Below are positions 25,500 through 37,482 of a stretch of 64,000 nt of DNA, in pieces. Each line of letters begins with the position of its first letter. Within the stretch, counting starts at the first letter, position 1. A program made the translations under genes and the position numbers. The notes beneath the pieces were generated by a model. It ran no database searches. It was not told where the DNA came from and saw nothing but the letters and a program-made list of their open reading frames with translations. This stretch comes from Carcharhinus longimanus (lineage: Eukaryota). The stretch covers positions 39,962,268-40,026,267 of the forward strand of contig JASCQW010000043.1 in NCBI GenBank assembly GCA_030264375.1. Reading direction: 5' to 3'.

Positions 25500-27100
25500 G
25501 CAAAGATAACCCCCAGCTTCTTTTCTCTGCTGCAAGCCATCTGAAACCATTCTTTCCTGCCTCCTCCACCCTCATCTCTAACAGCAAATGTGAAGAGCTC
25601 ATGTTCTTCTTTGTCACTGAGATCGAAACCATCTGATTAGCTACCTCTGCCACATCCTTCCCTTCCACCAGATACCAGACTAACCTACCTCTAATATTCG
25701 CTGCTACTCCAACCCTGAACCCACATATTTCTCTAGTTTCTCTCTTATCTCCCCTCATGCCGTCTTTGAGTTCATCTTGTCCACGAGTACCACCTCCCGC
25801 TTTGTGAACCCTATGTGCACTAAACTTCTCACCATCTAAATTCTCTCGTGGTCTCCACATTAGCCAATATTGATAACAGTTCTCTCTCTTACAGTATAGT
25901 CCCTCTGTCCTTCAGATTTGCCATTGTTATCCCCTGCACAAAAAAAACACCAGTTGACCTCAGTGCCCTTGCAAACTACTGTCCCATCTGCAACTCCCTT
26001 TCCTTTCCACAATCCTTAGGTGAGATTTTCCAGCTGTGCTCGCCCCTAGACCAGAAAATCCTGCCCAATGTCGACAGATCTTTGCATTGTCTGCCCCTGC
26101 CTGCTACCATTTCAGTGGTGGGTGGGATGGGAAAATTCTGTCCTTTAATTGTGTTGCCAGATTACAAATCTTTTCAGAACTATACATTTCAATCCCTCTG
26201 TTTTGTACCCCTGCCACAGTAATGACAACAGCTCATATCAAAGTCATAAATCACATCCTACATTACTGCAACAAATGAAAACATTCTGCCTTTATTCTTT
26301 TCAATCTATCTGTGGCCTTTGACAGCAGATGACCACAACATCCTCCTCCAACACCTCTAACACCATAATCGAACTGGGTAAGACTGCATTTCCATTCTTA
26401 TTAGTTGTACCCAGTCAATCACCTTAAGCAGCTTCTCTTCCCACTCCTATATCTTTACCTCTGGTGTCACCCAAGGAGCTATCCTTGCCATAGTCATATT
26501 TCTCATCCATTGGCTGTCCCTTGTTTAAGTTTATTTATTAGTGTCACACATAGGCTTACATTAACACTACATTGAAATTAGTGTGAAAATCCCCTAGTGC
26601 CACACTCTGGCGCCTGTTTGGGTACATTGAGGGGGAGCTTAGCATGGTCAATGCACCAAGCCATCTTTCGGACTGTGAGAGAAAATTGAAGCACCCAGAG
26701 GAAACCCACGCTGACACAGGGAGAATATGCAGACTCTGCGCAGACAGTGACCCAAGCTGGGAATTGAACATAGGTCCTTGGTCCTGTGAGACAGCAGTGT
26801 TAACCATATGCTACCGTTCCACCAAATCTGAAAACACAGCATCAGTTTACACATATACACTGATGACATCCAAATCTACCTCACCATTTCTCTTGATTCC
26901 TCTACTCTAAATTACCAGACTGTATGTCTGACATCCAATATCAGTTCAGCAGATATTTCTTTCAAACAAATATTGGGAAGACCAAAGCTGTTATCATCAG
27001 TCACTACCACAAATTCTGTTCCCTGGTAACTGTCTGAGGCTGAACCTGACTGTCCACAATCTTGATGTCACATTTGATGAGCTTCTGACCATCTATCTGT
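25500..27100 (+). mobile_element. L2-clade LINE ORF2 (RT) relic with nested MITE (26018-26144) and SINE
   Basis: Degenerate LANY(R)PI.N (25968-25995), L.LS.AFD..DHNILLQ.L (26300-26358), GV.QG.IL (26463-26487) and Y.DD (26856-26868). Confidence 0.85.
26524..26820 (-). mobile_element. V-SINE (tail variant) inserted in the L2 relic
   Basis: The reverse-complement tail TTTATTTATTAGTGTCAC..GGCTTACATTAACACT, a V-domain and a tRNA head. Confidence 0.9.
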
Positions 27101-27104
27101 CATT

Positions 27105-27600
27105 ATTCAAATGTTTTCTCTCCAGGTGCTTGACCAATTCTCTTTTGAAAGCCACAATTGGATTTGGCTCCAGCACACTCTCAGACAGTGTATTTCTAAT
27201 TCTAACTACTTGTTGTGTAAAACAATTTCAACTCATGTCACCATTGGTCCTTTTACCAATCAACTTAGATCTGGGTCCTCTGATTCTTAATCCTTTCACC
27301 AATGCAAACAGGTGAATAGAACAATGCCAGTTTATCCAAGCCTATCCTTGTAACAGAACAATTCTTGTATATCTTTTCTGCACCCTCCAGAAAACCTTCA
27401 CATCTTTCCTAAACTGTGGTGCTTAGAATTAGATACAATACGCCCAACTGAGCCCAAACTAATGTTTTATCAAAAACATCAAAACTTACTTGCTTTTATA
27501 TGCCTATATACATAAAGCCCAGGGTATGTGTGCCTTTTGAACACCTTTCTCAACCAGCCTTGCATCCTCCAACACGTTATGCACATATACCTCCAAGTAT
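27105..27600 (-). mobile_element. Old CR1 LINE fragment
   Basis: Reverse complement of ORF2 C-terminal sequence (CTTTTCTGCACCCTCC, TGTGGTGCTTAGAATTAGATACAATAC). Confidence 0.7.
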
Positions 27601-28599
27601 CACCAACTTAAAAGAAATGGGAAAAAAATAACTGAGCACCAGTATTTCTCCAGGGAGGAAATAGATGCCAAAGTGACCTGATTTTTTATTTACCTGGTTA
27701 CCTGTCCATTGTTTGCCACGATGGTATGTTTAAAATTGATCATATATCCTATTTTTAATCTACCAATGGGCTTGTAGTGTATTCAGAATTCCTTTGTTAC
27801 ATAACTGATAACTCCATACTCTTACTACAGTACAATATATTCAAATAGATTCATTTTAAGTCTCCTTGAAAGACTCTCTGATAATCTCTGGTACACATAC
27901 AAAATGTTAATTCCCTAAGTTGGTGGTGTAATATGTATTTACAGTGTTTCTCCCAGTTATTTTCATAAACCTAAATCTGAAATTTGACCTTTCAACTGAA
28001 TTTATACTGAAATATAGATACTTTTTAATGCATGCATTGTCATTGAGTGTCACACCAGATAACCATAGTTATCCCACAATTAAGCTTAATTTATATAAGC
28101 ATAGGGATATATTCAGATTTAAATAGATTTGGCTATACATTTTTGTATATGTGTGTGTATTCTTGGTAATTATCCATTTATCTTTAGAAAATAGACTGCA
28201 TTTTAAACTGATATAAGCTGTGCTAAAAGTATGTTAGATGAACATAGAATGGCAGCCAAAATAAATAGCAGGTTCAGTTACGTCAAATGGGTTCAAGTAA
28301 TTATAATGTATGAACCAATTTATGCTCTGTAGATTTACAAATGTGTATGGACAGTAATGTTAAATAATTTGATAAACTCTTCTTAGATAATATAAAATAG
28401 AACCATTTACTATCTAATAGAACTATTATAAGATAGGTTATGTCTGGACCAAATGCAATAATATTTTAATTCTACTTAAATAATATTTTGATGCATAAAG
28501 CATTTATATGAGAATTTATATACCTACAACTAAAAGAAATTTTTTTTAAAAATCACATTTTGAGAACACAACTGACCTGCAATATTTTTGTGATTTAAA

Positions 28600-29250
28600 A
28601 TACTGCTTTATTCTTGCAGTGAAATAAGAGAACAAATTGTTCATGAGAATTATGACTGATTATTATACATTGTAAATGCGCCACTTGCAACGCATGCTCG
28701 ACAAAGGTGTTAATTAAATAATTGATATTCAAGACTGTGCTTGCTTATTGTTTATTGACACACGCAAATTCAAGAATGTGAACAAGCGGACATTTTAAGT
28801 TGAACGTTTTGCTTACTATAGCCATTGTCATAAAATGGTGGCACCACAAGAAGCCCAGTGCTCGGCAATAGATTAAAATACTCTTTCCTAACATTATTAG
28901 CATACGGTAACATGCATACAGCATGCTAATTAAACTTTAATTTCAGCTAAAAAGCATGTTATGAATTTCCTCTGATTCCGGCAACATTTTTAAACCATTG
29001 CTTCATCATTTGCATAAAATGATAAATCATTAGCATGTCCCTCTTACATATTAAATGCGCCACTCCAAATTTTATTGCATATTTCCTATTTCACACTATC
29101 TTTGTTCAGGAATGCATGGCTTAAAGGGAGAAAAAAGTCTTGCATTTTATCTTTATTTATGTCTATACTTGTGGTATAAAGACATATATATTTGCATGAT
29201 TCTCTGGGTTAAAAGCTAATAGCTTTCACTATTTGCATGCCTCATTTTAC
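28600..29250. promoter_or_regulatory. Candidate neural enhancer / conserved non-coding element (POU-SOX cluster)
   Basis: ATTTGCAT octamers at 29008, 29190 and 29231, ATGCTAAT/ATTAGCAT at 28896, 28923 and 29029, and a SOX-POU-like CATTGTCATAAAAT at 28823-36. The region lies in a TE-free island. Confidence 0.5.
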
Positions 29251-30138
29251 AGAAGAATTGGCATTATTCAAAAATACTTGTAGGATAAGTAATTTTATTT
29301 TATGATGAATTATTCTGTTTTTCAATTTATCTCCCAGCTCTTTTACCTGCTATGTCAATTATTTTTTATAATAAGCATTGTTTGATGATGTTTAACAGTT
29401 CTCAGTCTACTGTTATATTTTTCAAATTCCAGTAAGGCACTTAGTGAATGTATACTAATTGCGAATGTTTGAAAAAAATGACCTAATTTCATGACGTCAG
29501 TATGATTTAAAATCCCACCATTAACTCGAATTAGCTCTATGAGCATGTTGCTATTTTTCTTTCAAATATCTTCGGTTACATATAAACAAAATGCAAAAAA
29601 AGACAGATAAGACAAAAACAGTTTATGAAAAATAATCCTATACATTCCAGGAGAGGAAACACTAGATAGCACAAATATTAAATTCAAGAATCAATATGCA
29701 TGCTTATATCAAATATGAAGTGTGTAAATATTAAAAACCTAAATATATATTAGCTGTGATTAGTAAAAGAAATTGATGCCAACTTATAAATACACATATG
29801 GGCTATCCTACAGATATTTTGATTAAGCCTTGATAAATAATTTAAGATTATTGTAATATATTATTCAAATTATTTAGTCTTACGAATTTGAGCTTTATTT
29901 CAAATAGAATTACAGTAATTTATTTATCAGACAAAATTTGCATAATTGCTCTTTGAAAGCCATGCCGAAACTAGTGGCCAATGGGTTGCCATATTTAGGA
30001 TAATGAGTTGGGGTTTTTGTCACCTGTCAACAGTATCATCCTGAAGAGGTGTGCATTCTTACTTATGACTAGCAATTCACCTTACCACATGCTTTAAAAA
30101 GCACATGAAGCAGAGTAAGTTTTATTTTTCCTTTTAGA

Positions 30139-30408
30139 AATGGTTAGCACTGCAAGTTTGATTCCGGCCTTGGGTAACTGTCTTGAGTTAGCACTTTTTC
30201 CCCATGTCTGCTTGGGTTTTCTCTGGATGCTCCAGGTTCCTCCTACAGTCCAAAGATGTGCAGGCTGGGTGGATTGGCCATGCTAAATTGCCCCTTAGTG
30301 TCAGGGGGACTAACTAGGGTAAATGCATGGGGTGACAAGGATACAGTCTTGTTGGGAGTGCAGACTCGATGGGCCGAATGGCCTCCTTCTGCACTGTAGG
30401 GATTCTAA
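30139..30408 (+). mobile_element. HE1-type V-SINE
   Basis: Truncated head TGGTTAGCACTGC, V-domain and tail GGGCCGAATGGCCTCCTTCTGCACTGTAGGGATTCTA. Confidence 0.92.
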
Positions 30409-30746
30409 GAAGTCGCACGATTATCTTTCCGTCTCGAATATATTTAAAACTAATTAATAGCCACGTTCAAAGAAAATTGCTGTTACTCCGTGGGACAGAA
30501 CCACTGGAGGCCAGGATAGCACACTCCTGATGTCCGTTCCAATTCCCAGGGACAGGGTTGTTGACAGTGGCGGGAAGTCAGAGATTTTCACTTCCAAGAG
30601 CTTGGCCCGATGAGTGGGAAAATTAAATATAGTTTGGAGGTTCACTGGGGAAGCTGATTGCCCTGTTATACATTGTCAAGAGAGGATGGAGCTCACTACC
30701 ACAGGAACATTTGAGGTGAGTAGCATAAACACCATCAAGAGACAGT

Positions 30747-31016
30747 TATAGAATCGCTACAGTGCAGAAGGAGGCCATTCGGCCCCTTGAATCCATGCCA
30801 ACCACAATCCCACCCAGGCCCCACTCCCGTAACCTCTCATTTACTCTGCTAATCCCCGACACTAAGGTCAATTTAGCATGGCAACTCAACCTAACCCGCA
30901 CACATTTGGAGTGTGGAAAGAAACCGGAGCACCTGGAGAAAACCCAGGCAGACATGGGGAGAACGTGCAAACTCCACACAGGCAGTGACCTGAGGCCGGA
31001 ATCGAACCCGGGTCCC
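30747..31016 (-). mobile_element. HE1-type V-SINE (head in gap)
   Basis: Reverse-complement tail ATAGAATCGCTACAGTGCAGAAGGAGGCCATTCGGCCC and B-box GGAATCGAACCC. Confidence 0.93.
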
Positions 31017-31115
31017 NNNNNNNNNNNNNNNNNNNNNNNNNNNNNNNNNNNNNNNNNNNNNNNNNNNNNNNNNNNNNNNNNNNNNNNNNNNNNNNNNNNN
31101 NNNNNNNNNNNNNNN

Positions 31116-31325
31116 NCTCTCTCACTCTCCTCTCTCACTCTCCTCTCTCACTCTCCTCTCTCACTCTCCTCTCTCACTCTCCTCTCTCACTCTCCTCTCT
31201 CACTCTCCTCTCTCACTCTCCTCTCTCACTCTCCTCTCTCACTCTCCTCTCTCACTCTCCTCTCTCACTCTCCTCTCTCACTCTTCTCTCTCACTCTTCT
31301 CTCTCACTCTTCTCTCTCACTCTCC
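31116..31325. repeat. 13-bp tandem repeat (CTCTCTCACTCTC)n
   Basis: Directly visible. It is followed by a degenerate purine-pyrimidine alternating (CA/TG) tract to ~31447. Confidence 0.95.
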
Positions 31326-31454
31326 ACTCATCGGGCACACATATGTGCACACGCATGTGCGTGCGCACATGACTGCACACATATACATGCACATGCTAAC
31401 ATGTGTACACACTGACACATGTACCATGACACATGCTGATATACATGTAGAATA

Positions 31455-31965
31455 CTTGTTTTTATTAACCGAGGCATTGAATATAAGGGCAGGGAGGTTG
31501 GGATGGAGTTACATAAAACGCTGGTGAGGCCACAACTGGAGTACTGTGTGCAGTTCTGGTCGCCACACTGTAGGAAGGATGTGATTGAACTGGAGTGGGT
31601 GCAGAGGAGATTCCCCAGATGCTGCCTGGTTCGGAGCTTTTCAGCAATGAGAGAGGCTGGATAGGCTGGGATGGTTTCCTTGGAGCCGAGAAGGCCGGGG
31701 TGGAGAAAGATTGAGGTATACAAAATTAGGGACATAGAAAGGGTTGATAGGAAGGAACTTCTCCTTTAGCAGGGGGGTCAGTAATGAGGGGGAGTAGATT
31801 TAAGGTCAGAGCCAGGAGATTTGAGGAAATTCATTTTCACCCAAAGGGCAGTGGGAATCTGGAACTCGCTGCCTGGGAGGGTGATAGAGCGGGAACCCGC
31901 ACAAGAATTGAGAAGCGTTTGGATGAGCATTTCGTGCACCAAAGCACACGCGGCTATGGACCCCT
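31455..31965 (+). mobile_element. CR1 LINE 3' fragment
   Basis: CTGGTGAGGCCACAACTGGAGTACTGTGTGCAGTTCTGG (LVRPQLEYCVQFW) and FTQRAVGIWNSLP. Confidence 0.92.
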
Positions 31966-32468
31966 CCGCACTGCGCCACACCTTCCACACTAGGTCGCAC
32001 CCTCGGCGCTGGGCCGCACCCTCCCACCCTCTGTACTGCGCTGCACCTATGCCACCCACATGCCACGAGTGGAAGGCTTTTCTTTTAGCGAGAACTCAGT
32101 CCTGTGTAGATCCGCTGGCATTCACATGTTTAAACTCTCCCCTTCTCTGTTCGTATGCAGGCGCACAGGAAGTAATATCAGTGGAACCAGCAGCGATCAG
32201 ACTGAAACCTGGAACCTTGATGACCATGTGAGTAACAGAGGGTCACGTCACTGCAACAGCCTCCACCAGCCTGAAATCATTACCATGGAAACAGCACACT
32301 TCCGATAGGGAGCTGGGCCACAGGGGACTCAATGAAATAAAAAGGGATAAAATCAGGGCAGTGCATAGTTTCCAGTTTACGCTGTGTACCTACTGCATCA
32401 GTGGGGAAGGTTTTGACCCCTCCCTCATTACACACCCCCTAGATTTTACCCTCTATTGACATTGCTAA

Positions 32469-32775
32469 AGGCACGGTGTTGCAGTGGTTAGAACTGCTGC
32501 CTGACAGTGCAAGGATTTGGGTTCGATTCTCGGCTTGGGTCACTGTCTGTGCGCAGTCTGCACGTTCTCCCTGTGTCTGCGTGGGTTTCCGCCCACAGTC
32601 CAAAGATTTGCACGTTAGATGGACTGACCATGCTAAATTGCCCCTTGGTGCCAGGGGGACCAGTAGGGTAAATATGTGGGGTTACGGGGATAGGGCCTGG
32701 GGGGGATGCTGTGTTGGAGGGTTGATGCCGGATCGATGGGCCGAGTGGACTCCTTCTGAGCTGTAGGGATTCTAT
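32469..32775 (+). mobile_element. HE1-type V-SINE
   Basis: A-box and B-box (GCAGTGGTTAG, GGTTCGATTC), V-domain and CR1-like tail. Confidence 0.92.
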
Positions 32776-34772
32776 TCGTTTTTCTCATTCTTTCTTTTCC
32801 TTTTCCCACAGTTGTCAGGAAAGCATTTCCCTCTTTTGCAATCGCAGTGTCTAACAGTATCTCTGCTCTCAGTTTGCACCTTTTTCATCTCTTTACATTT
32901 CACACTTAGCACAATTCACCTGCTGAAGAGGATGCAAACTGTTCCAAAATCCTCTGACTAAAGGGCTGTGAGATTGAATCGTTCCCATTCATTTTGCACA
33001 CTGAACACCACACAGTGTGAAACCCAGTGGGAGTTTAGAACTGGAATGACGTTGGTTACAGAACCTTTCACTCCAGTCTCAGATTTCCCTGGATCCCTGT
33101 CACCCAAATGCTGGTGTAGTGAGCAGAGCTTCAGAATTAACCTGTGCCCATTTCAAATTACACTACGGTAACAACCACTTTAAACTAATGAGATATAGGA
33201 TAAGGACCTCATTGTCTCCTACTAAAGCTTGTCTTACAAATGTTAGTGCTGTTTAAAATGATACCAGTGTATGTCTTAGTCTGTCCGATGCACTGGAAAA
33301 TTGAATGCTGTGTCAGAGGAGAACTGAGCTCAGCATGGGGTCAGCCAGGGCCAGGAAAATTAGCAGCACCCTCACTGTAGACTGAGTGCATCTGCATGTA
33401 CGTGAAATAGTTAGCGCAGACAAAAAGAGGATGTTTCACTCTATCTATTAACAGGGCACAGTTGAATGTCCTTGCTAACAGCACCAAAACTATGATAAAG
33501 ACATGATTAAGTGACCATTGTCTGACCGGACATTCCATCCATCTACCACTAAAGATTATGACATCACCAATGGGACACGATTAAACAGCCATTGTGTCGG
33601 GTCTACCTCTTTGTACATGTGACTAGAAACAATTAACTTTACTAGTAGTTGTAAGAATTGCCTTATAAAAAAGCTGATTGTACACTATTGGGCAAGGCAC
33701 ACTGAAGAAGCCTGAGACAAGATTGCCTTATCGATAAGAAGGCAATAAAAGATCCATCACTCACGAACGCTGTGTCCGAATATCTTTTCAACTCTGACAG
33801 TGCCTTTGTACAATGTGACACCAGTTGTTGCTGTAGCTGTCAGTCACAATAAACACCGGATTTACCGACATCAAACGGAAGAGGAGATACGTGCCTGGAG
33901 TAACCGGGAGGGTAATTAATAACCAGTGTTTGATCAGCAAATGCCCAAAGCCAGGGTATACATCTCACTGTAACACATCCCTTTAGTAGAGCACGCCCAT
34001 CATTTTTATATTAGTGATTATTACACAGCGTTAGTCCTCTGAGACCTGGCCCAGCAGTCTAACAAGGGTAAACGCTCCACCTTTCACCACCCCCTTTCAC
34101 GCACAAGAAAAAAACTAACAGGAGTAATAACATATATAGAAAAGAGAGAGGGCCAGAAGGCAATGATCCACAACGAGCATCATAGGGAACAACAAGGGTT
34201 GGATGTGGGCTGAAAGGAAAGTGGCAGAGCACGAAGAAAAGAGGACAAGTCCTCTCTCTGTCCGACCCCGAAAACTTAACGTATCCATCACTGTAATTTA
34301 TCCTCAATGTAACTATCTCATGCAGTGACTGGCCATGAACCCAGTATCAGTGAATTGCAATGTTAACCCTATTCTTTTTATTCAGTGAGTTCCTGTGTGT
34401 TTGAGTTGTGATCAGTAAACTTTATTAATAATCAGGGTTCTCTCCATACAAGCAGATCAATTTTTAAGATACCCAAAACTTGCTTCACAACTTGGAATCT
34501 AACCCATTACTATTGTCATAATGCGGAGTCCCACACTCTACAGTAGTGCGTAATATCACTTTGCCTCAGCCTGTGATGTTGTTATATTCACTGTACTCTG
34601 TGTTGGGGAAATTATTTTATCAAGGCACTAACTGCCTGCATCCGTAAAGTTGCCTGCGCTTTCACACACAAGTACTGCTTTGTATTCCTGAGTCTGCATT
34701 TTGCTCATCGTTCGACACGATTCTCCTCTCTCAGACATCGTCCCAGCTATGTGTACGTGGTCTCACACAAGA

Positions 34773-35112
34773 CGGCATGATGGCACAGTGGTCAACACTG
34801 CTGTCTCACAGCGCCAGGGATCTGGGTTCACATCAGGCTTCGGGTCTATGCAGAGTCTGCACGTTCTCCCCATGTCTGTGTGGAGTTTCCTCCCACAGTC
34901 CAAAGATGTGCAGGGTGGGTGGATTGGCCATGCTAAATTGCCCCTTAGTGTCCAAAGGTGTGTAGGTTAGAGGGATTAGCTATGGTAAATGTGTAAGGTT
35001 ATGGGAATAGGGCAGGGTAGAGGCCCTGTGTAAAATGCTCTGTCAAAGAGTTGGCACAGACTCGATGGGCCAAATCGCCTCCTTCTGCACTTTAGGGGTT
35101 TTATGATTCCAT
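34773..35112 (+). mobile_element. HE1-type V-SINE
   Basis: GGCATGATGGCACAGTGGTC head, V-domain and tail. Confidence 0.92.
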
Positions 35113-35309
35113 GATTTTATTCTATGTCAATGTAAATTCTTGTACACAAAAATGCCTTAAATATATTTTAAGAGCATTCCAAGGCAAACATACAGAAGTT
35201 GCTTCTCAAACCATGCAAAAATGCAAATGATATGGTGCATATTTTATGCTAGGAACTCCAAAATATATTTTTGTAAAAAATTACATTGCAAAAACAGTGA
35301 TGATCATTG

Positions 35310-35520
35310 ACACTTGAGCACATAGTCCAGGTGACACTGCAGCACAGTACTGAGGGAGTGTTTCACTGTCAGAGGTATTGCCTTTTGATTGATGCCCCAT
35401 TCACCCTCACAGGTGGATGGAAAAGATTCAATGGAGCAGATGAGTTCACCTCATGTCCTGGGCAATATTCAACCCTTAGCCAACATCACTAAAAAAAACA
35501 GGCCAGTTATCTCATTGCTG
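35310..35520 (+). mobile_element. Old Deu-domain SINE fragment (SacSINE1/AmnSINE-like)
   Basis: CAGTACTGAGGGAGTG..CACTGTCAGAGGT..GTCCTGGGCAATATT..CAACATCACTAAAA resembles the DeuSINE core as I recall it. Confidence 0.6.
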
Positions 35521-35586
35521 AATGTTGCTGCTACATTCCAATAGTGAGTGTAATTCAAAGTACTTTGCAGATTTTAAAGAGCTTTT

Positions 35587-35933
35587 CATAGAATCCCTAC
35601 AGTATAGAAGGAGGCCATTCAGCCTATCAAGTCAATGCCAACCACAATCCCACCCAGGCCCGATTCCCGTAATCCCACACATTTACACTGCTAGTCCCCT
35701 GTCATGAGGATCAATTTAGCATGGGCAAACCACCTAACCCGTACATCTTTGGAATGTGTCTATCTAACCCACACATCTTTGGACTGTGGGAGAAAACCGG
35801 ATATCTGGAGGACACCTACACAGACATGGGGAGAAAGTGCAAACTCCAAATAGACTGTGATTGAGGCCAAATTGAACCTGGGTCCCTGGCGCTGTCAGGC
35901 AGCAGTGCTAAGCATTGTGCCACCATGCCATCC
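35587..35933 (-). mobile_element. HE1-type V-SINE with a small internal duplication
   Basis: Reverse-complement tail CATAGAATCCCTACAG. CTAACCC..ACATCTTTGGA occurs twice (35733-35783). Confidence 0.93.
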
Positions 35934-37344
35934 TTGATTTGATTTGCATGTCTTGAGATCATAAATGTTGCTAAATAAATACAACTCCTTTCCTTCATTA
36001 ATTTTACTATTATCTTAAGTATTTTTCTTTTTTTTTCAATTGATTGGTCACATTTTTCAGCTTATTCCATTTTTATTTCCCTTTCATTTTTTAGACCTTA
36101 ACTTATTTTTGACTTTTTTTTACTACACTTGGTATTTAGCATCTGCCATTTTAATCCACCGATGGACTAGAAGTCTCTGGAATAGTTTTTGCAACTTGAA
36201 CGTTAGGTACAAACTTCTAGGCCAGAAGACAAGCCATACTTATCAATTTCAGTTTATCATTTACAGTTATATATTTAATGACATATTTCATAATTCAATT
36301 GATTGTTAAATATAACAAAATTATTTTGTCAACATTTATTGAATTCCCAAATTAGTTGTTGTCCTCACAATTTTTTTGTTGTGCATGAGCCAAAAAATAA
36401 TTTTTCTTTGCAGTAATCCAAATATGTAGTGCTAGATTTATTGTTACTTCTTCATTTTGTCATTAAGTTCTGGTCATTTATAAGCTAAGTTTGATTTTAG
36501 ATATCTTGCATGCTAAATATAAGACAGCAATCAATAAGGCTTCAGGCCTACATGCCAACTATGCATATCTGTGGGATTAACTAAACCAAGTTTGAAATGC
36601 TAGCACAGCACATGGTTTTCTTCCATATCTAGTTTCTATGATTCTGTGATTTTATATGATTCACAAACAGATCATAATACTTCACATCAGTGATGTTACA
36701 TCACAATAATCTTGGGTAGACTTGAATGCTGGCAACTCTTGAAAAGTATAACTTCTGACAGTTTAAATGCATAAATGTTTTGTTTGATTTCAAGCAGGCA
36801 AATTGAGTCAATGTAAAAATATTAAACATGTCAATGGTTTTCAGATAAAATACTATTTGATTTCCTCTCAAGAATTATGATAACATCTGAAATATCTAAT
36901 GCTGATATTATTTTACAAACTTCTCCAAACAAGTTTATTTTACCAATTCCATGGACTCATAGTTCTCACTGAGATTTTGGCTTCTGATCCAGTGGAAAAT
37001 GCATTGAACCCACAAGAAATTGTGGTTTGCTTTCTGTTATCACTTAGAAATCTATGTTTGCTATGCATTATACTTTAACACTAAAGAGACATTTCCTTCA
37101 AATTATAACCAGAATAATATCACAAATTAATTAATGTCACCCATTTAAAATATAAAAGATTATAACATTTCAACAAATGTTGGTGTGGCTCAAATAATTG
37201 CAGTTATTCTGTAGTTTGACAAAATAAACGTGGTAACCTTTGATTACACAAACCCATTTTACTAGCAGAACTGTGGCAGTAAATATTTAGCAAAATATGT
37301 ATCAACAAAATTTGAAAAGAACAGAAATGTGTGGATGCATGTCC

Positions 37345-37482
37345 TTCTTTAGAACTGAAAACAGTATATATGCTCAAAATGGAAGCTACCTGCTCTCTCC
37401 GCATATGCTGGTTGACCTGTTGTGTGCATATAGTTACGTTTTTGCTTCAGATTTCCAGCATCTGGAGTATTTTGCGTTTTGC
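37345..37482 (+). mobile_element. Old Penelope-like terminal fragment; last repeat I can recognise in the window
   Basis: CTCTCTCCGCATATGCTGGTTGACCTGTTG...TTCAGATTTCCAGCATCTGGAGTATTTTGC resembles a common shark repeat end. Confidence 0.5.

Noticed and set aside
30762-31415. 217-aa ORF with LSLSSLTLLSHSP repeats
   Set aside because: It is a read-through of a SINE, an N gap and a 13-bp tandem repeat.
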